Shown here in pieces: positions 58,034 to 64,000 of a stretch of DNA of 64,000 nt. The translations under genes were made by a program, and so were the position numbers. The notes below the pieces were generated by a model. That model searched no databases. It was not told the origin of the DNA and saw only the letters and a program-made list of their open reading frames with translations. Each line of letters opens with the position of its first letter. Positions within the stretch are counted from its first letter, which is position 1. The DNA is from the human T2T-CHM13v2.0 reference genome, Homo sapiens: the NCBI RefSeq assembly GCF_009914755.1, contig NC_060932.1. One strand, 5' to 3'.

Positions 58034-58839
58034 GCTCCATCATAAGTGAAAAAAGACATTTCTCAAAATAATTCATGGTATGATTCCATTATGACCAAAA
58101 AACAAAGGAAAAAAGAAGGAAGAATGAACACCAAATGAATTCTAACAAGGATTAAAAAGTAAAGAAAGGCATAGACCTCTCCTTTCTAACTCCATATACT
58201 TCCGTACTGTTTCAATAAGTACTTATACATTATAATGTAATTTGAAAAATGTAAGGAAGAACTTAAAAAAGGAAATGTCAGAGTATTTCTGAAGAAATAC
58301 CATTGTAACAAGAGATTTTAACTTGTTAACAATGTACATAACAAGTCAATAAAGGGGAGCAAGAATTCTTGTGCTTTAGGGATTATAATACCCTAAAAGT
58401 GCTCACAAAATTGTTTGCATTTGTCTGGAGACTCCAGTTTTTATGATGTCTATGAACCCAAAAAGGTTGTATGGGAAAATGACCAGTACAGTAGAAAAGA
58501 CTACCTATGTTACACAAATAATTTCTAGAATGTTTAACTCCTGGTGAGAAAAGTAACACACACACAAATTATAGGTAAATCAGAAATGGTTCAAAGTAAA
58601 ATTGGCAACAGAAAGAGGGTTTTAACAGTCTAACTGGGTTGGTCTTCCATGTCCCACTGCATGGCTGGGTGCAAGTGTGGGAGAAGGGAAGACACAGGGG
58701 TAGGCAAGGGAAGGAAAGTAAACACGTTCCCCCCACTCCAGTTTAAGCCTGGGAGGGTCAATCTGTAAGGGTGTGTCCACTTAACGGATAGATGTAAGTA
58801 CTTACTTACCAGAAGTAAGGGGTGCAGAAAGAATATACA

Positions 58840-59630
58840 GATCCGGCAGGCGGACCCGCTTCCCTCAATCTCATCCCCCGACCCCACCTAGTAGCCTTCC
58901 TCAGGTCCCCATGCTCAGATGTTTCTGCCAGCTCCCATCATAAAGTGCATCTAGAGCATCCTCGGAGTGACCCACGTGCCTCTCTGAGCCTTAGTGTCCC
59001 CTTCGTGGGAGGGAGTGGGACTAGATGACCTCTGGACCCGACCTCCCATCCAGCCCTGACCTGGCAAGTCCCCTGAGCCTCCCGCTCCTTGGCCAGGGCT
59101 CGTCCTGAGACGGGCCAGCCACCCGCACTCACTGTGCCCGCAGCTGCACCGAGGGGAGGGATTTCTTTGCGATCCTGGCCGTTGCGGCCCAGGTAGGAGG
59201 CTCCGGCAGCAGGGGTGGCTGGGGCAGCGGGCACAGCGGGCAGTGTGGGAGCCAGCGGCAGCCCGGTGCCCACCTCAGCCCCCCGCCCAGTCCAGCCTTG
59301 TCGCAGGGCTGGCCACGGCGTCGGGGCGGGACAGGTGATGCAGGTGGCCGCGAGCTCCCACATTCACCACTCCTGGGGTGAGCATGCCCCGCAGCCAGCA
59401 GCCCTGCGACGCTGGGCCCGGCCCGGCCGGCGTCTCCCGAGGCTGCAGCGCTGCCTGCCCTACGCACACCAGTTGCTAGGCGCCCGGGGCCTCGCGCCTC
59501 AGTTCCATAGGGCAAGGGGCCCAGTGTTAGGGTTCAGGGCCATGACGGGTGCTTGGACAGCTTGGGCAGCGGAGGCCACCGGGACTCCTCGACCAGCACT
59601 AGTGCCTCTGCCTTCAGGTCACTGCTGCCG
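58840..59630. promoter_or_regulatory. CpG island / candidate promoter
   Basis: Non-repeat GC-rich stretch with many intact CpGs and a GC box (GGGGCGGG near 59323), in a window otherwise depleted of CpG. Confidence 0.75.
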
Positions 59631-61174
59631 AGTATGGGGGTAATGTGGGGGAGTGAGCTGAATCAAAACTGGGTGAACACTGGTCAGTGGTGACACAAGG
59701 TGAGGGGCCCAATGGCAAACAGCACCAGGAAGCACAATAGGGCAAAGAGAGGGCAGTTGGGCAAGCTTGGTGTAATTCAATTTTCTGGGTTGTTTGCACA
59801 TCAGCTTGTATCAAAGACTTATTTTTCAGGTTCAAAATAACCAGGCTTTCCAGAGTACTGATGAGCTGTACCTTTCAAATATTAGCCACTTAATACCTGA
59901 CTAGCCCAATTTTAGGTAAATGACAACAATGACGAGTTCCCTCACGAGTCCACCCAAATTCCATGTTCTGACTCCTTTGTTTTGGTTCCTTTATAAAAGG
60001 TTAGGTGTGTGTGCCCTCTCTGGCTTGGACACCTAGCACCCTGTCTTGCACAGTGGGATCTTAGCATCTGTACTCTTGCCAGATTAAGTTATCATATAAA
60101 GCCTCTGCCTTCATGACTTGACTCCCCACTAGAGCTGCAAGCTTATCCCTGGTAACAAGGTTTCAGAGCCCACAAAAACTCCTGAAACTGCTCTCAACAC
60201 ACTTTCCTCCATTCTTATTAAGCTCTACACAAACCTCTCCTAGGTCATTTGGTTATTTTTTTAACACTCAAATTAGGCCTGGAATCGTAACACTGGCCCC
60301 ACTACTTAGTTATGTGATCCTGGGTGAGGGAAAGTTAACCCACCTAACAAGAGGACTAGGCTGCATATTAAAAATCATGTGGAGTACTTAATTAGAAAAA
60401 AGTCTAGGGCTCATCCCAAAACCAATTAAGAATTTAGTTCTGGGGTTGCAATCAAAGTGGAGAAACACTAACCTAGGATTATGTGGATCAAGTGATACAC
60501 TGGCACTCAGCAAGTGATCAAATGTTTATTAAATGGTCTCCTGTTTAGTTCTGCTATCACACCCCTACCTGACACTTCCCAAACTCCATGCCATTTCTCA
60601 AACTGTTCCTATCATCAGGTGACCAAATTCTACCTCTTCTGTGAAACTTGCCAAATCTTCACAGCATGAAGCATCTCCTGTACTCTCTCCTAACATGGTT
60701 TTCTACTATTACAAATCATTATTCCTACAAAATGCAATTTCTGAGTCCTCCAAAGTAAACTATATATACAGAAATATATATCCATAAATCCACACTCTAC
60801 CCCATTCCTCCTGTCGCCATCCCCCATCACCAAATACTCAAGGACTACAATATGCCAGTAATTGAAGTCTCAAGATTTTAAATATCTATTTTCCTGATGA
60901 GGTTAGATTCCCTTAAAAAAGTGAAGTGCCTACAATGCACCAGGCATTGTTCTAAGTGCCAGAATAGAGAAAGCTAAGACTCAAACCTTACATTGGAGAA
61001 TGGCTGGGAAAAGCAAGTCAGCAGTTTCAGATAGTAATTAATGCTATGAAAAAAGGTGATATATGAAGACGTGTGTCAGAAAAGACCTTTTTCCAGAATG
61101 AAAAGCCAAGTACCCAGACCTGGAGGCTGAAGACACTTTTGAGGAACAAAGAATATAGCTGGGGAGCCAGAAAT

Positions 61175-61598
61175 AAAATATCAAATAATGGGCCTCCCAA
61201 TTTCCATGCCCTAATTACAGGGACCTGTAAATTTGTTACCTTATATAGCAACAAAAGGGACTTTGTAGATGTGTGCTTGAATTAAGGATTTTGAGATGGG
61301 GAGATTATCCTCAATTATTCAAGTAGCCCAATGTAATCACAGAAGTTTTTATATTAAGAGGGAGGCAGGAGGAAGATCAAAGACGATGGAAGCAGAGATG
61401 CCACGAACCAAGAAAAGCAAGGGGCTCCCAGAACTGGAAAAGGCAAAGAAAAGGAGTCTTCAGAAGTAACACAGGCCTGCTGACCCCTTGATTTGGCTGT
61501 GAAACCTATTTTAGATTTCTGACCTCCAGAAAAGTTAAAACAATAAATTCACTTAAGTTTATGGTCATTTGTTACAGCAGCAAAAGAAAACTAATACA
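61175..61598 (+). mobile_element. MLT1C/D-like MaLR LTR
   Basis: gggactttgtagatgtg..gagattatcc..gaaaactaataca. Confidence 0.7.
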
Positions 61599-64000
61599 TT
61601 CACTTAACACTGAGTGCCTACATGTCAGCAAATGGGCAGAAATTAAAAGGCCTGGCCTTAAAGTTTACTACCTAACAGAAGGGAGGCACATGAGAGGAAT
61701 GTTTTGGCTCTTTGACACCACATTTCTAAGGAAAACCACTGGGAGCAGAAAGCTGTCAATCTTCCCATGGAGGTGGGCCCACAAAGACACCAGACACCCC
61801 TAAGAAGCTCTATCACATCCTATACATCCCCAGGGCACTCATTTCACTGTATCTGTTGCCTGTCTTCCCATCAGACTGATACCTGAAAGCAGAGGCTATT
61901 TTCCGTAATTCACTGTTGTGTGCCCACATTAAGTGCTGAAGCTATACTGCACAGCAGCATTGAGCACTTTCGAGCTAGGCGCTGCTCTAAGCATTTTACA
62001 GGACCTGTTAACATTTAATCTTCATTAAAATCCTATGAAATTAGGCAAAATTATCTCCATTTTGCTGACATGGAAACCAAGACAGAGATTATTTATTGGC
62101 CCACGCTAACAAATAAGTGGAGACTAGATATGAACCCAAGCACTCTGGCTCCGAAGCCAACACTCCTAATCCAGCGAACCACAAATGAACCTTCAAAGAA
62201 GTTACTAACTAGGTTAACACTGGTTAAAGGCCAGTGAGTCCAAGACAACTTTATAAAAACTGAGATAGCTAAGGGACCATCCACTAGAGAAAGCCGGACC
62301 TTAGAAGGATGAACAGGAAATAAACATATATGAGGTGTAATCTTGTAGGAGAACCTACTGGGTGCCCAGACCCCTAAGGTTGGTTAGGCCTTCCAGAGGA
62401 GGATCCCTTGAAAGCAATGACATTTATAAGAAGTGAGTTTCCTAATCAGGTGTTAATCTGCATTTGAATAGGTTCCACCAGCTCACAAACATTTTCGTAC
62501 CTATTATTGTTCCTCACAATCCTCTTATAAAACCAGATTGGTTATCCCACTTTACTCTGTTCTCTATGGGAATCCTGGTTCTCTGCAACCCCTCCCACAT
62601 TTCCCCATCCTCCCTGGCCCCAGGCCACACTTACAATATGTGTCTGCATGGGCTATATATTTATATATTTTTTTTTAAAAAAAGCTTTGCTAAGTATCTC
62701 TCTGTATATAAAGTGCTTATTCCTATCCCAATGAAGACTTCCCACATTTCATGCACCCACCCACCTGCACCTAGATTAAGCAAGCAATACACCATCTGTA
62801 CAACTTCATTCCATAATTAGTCTTAATTCTGACCCTGCAGAGGCCACTGATGGCCCTCACTATTCCTCTAAAACCTGGAAGCCAAACAGGCTCTGACATC
62901 TTCTGAGGCACAACTACCCTTCATGACACTGGATGTGCTAACACTGGGAACTGTACTCTCTATCTACCAAAGCAGTAAGACAAAACTGAATTTATAACTT
63001 AAAAACCCTCTGGAGGCAGTGGGTCATGCCTGTAATCCCAACTATTCAGGGGACTGAGGCAGTAGGATTGCTTGAGGCCAGGAGTTCAGTAACATGCTGG
63101 GGAATACAGGCTGGTGTGGATCTCATCTCTACAAAGGAAAATTAAAAAATAAACTCTTTGGCTCTACCTAGATATCCATGTACTATTTCAAAATATTGAC
63201 CCAACTGCTAAGACAAAAAACATCTAGCAAAACACTGATACAATCATAAATATGTAAAATGATTTTTATAAACGATCATCTTGATTTCTCTCCAAAATTC
63301 ACTGACCCTAAACAAACTTACTAAGCCAGAGAAATAGGTCCCAAAACCAGGAACAAAGAACTCAAAGAAATTCTATTTGTCTAGCAACTTTCGAATATTA
63401 AAAAGCAATAAATGACTGTGGAGCAGTAGTACCAAAATAATTACTAAGGGAGCTGTTTCACAGTGTGTCAGACCTTTGACAACTAAATGAGGACCACAAA
63501 CATTTTTACTCTCATTCTATGTACTTCATGTTACACTCTACATTGTTCACTAGTCTAGGTGAAACAATACATGAAGTATAAAGGAATGTTATTTACAAAA
63601 AAACCTTTGAAGTTTTTGCCCATTAATTTCATCAGATGCTCTGAAATAATTTGCATCCCTGGGCACAAATTTCATGCCTTCCTTCATAATACCCACAGTA
63701 TGTAACAATTATTAGTAACTCACGTAAGTATGGCAAAAGATGCAAAACAAGAACACAAAAATGGAATGCAAAAGGAAAACAACACATTTACATGGCAGTT
63801 TATAAACAAGCGAAGGCCCGAGAAATAAATTTTAGCAACTAAATTCAATTTTTTCCATAAACCAAAGTTGGATTACCTTACCGACAAATCATGTACAAAT
63901 GCTTGTGAAACAGGCTTTCTTAGAATAAACCCATTTCGAATCACTCAGCACAGTTAAAAAACAAAAAATTAAAATCTTTTGTATAGAAAAGCCTTTTAAA

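Noticed and set aside
58938-59643. ORFs of 128-142 aa on both strands
   Set aside because: Expected by chance in a CpG island; low-complexity A/G/P/R translations.
63700-64000. Possible distal 3'UTR of the neighbouring RPL7 gene
   Set aside because: Based only on recalled gene order near C8orf89; no coding sequence or canonical signal is visible here.

Overview
Primate (almost certainly human) genomic DNA, AT-rich and dominated by interspersed repeats (L1, Alu, LTR/MaLR, DNA-transposon fossils). One intact spliced protein-coding gene, missed by the ORF track, lies on the minus strand. It has four coding exons (32978-32852, 30645-30492, 23833-23778, 15115-14967; 486 nt, 161 aa), which I recognise as C8orf89. 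The ATG exon has a splice acceptor in front of it, so a CpG island at ~58.8-59.6 kb is a candidate distal promoter. The window also holds a TSD-bounded processed pseudogene of PRXL2A/FAM213A (49629-52029) and a full-length, dead L1PA element (8379-14601). The most unusual object is a twin-primed (5'-inverted) L1PA2/3-like element in intron 2 with ~300 bp of captured non-L1 sequence at its inversion junction. That captured piece supplies a strong acceptor that would join C8orf89 exon 2 in frame to an open 248-codon L1 reverse-transcriptase segment. No prokaryote-type systems (CRISPR etc.) are present. Repeat subfamily names come from recalled consensus sequences and need RepeatMasker confirmation.
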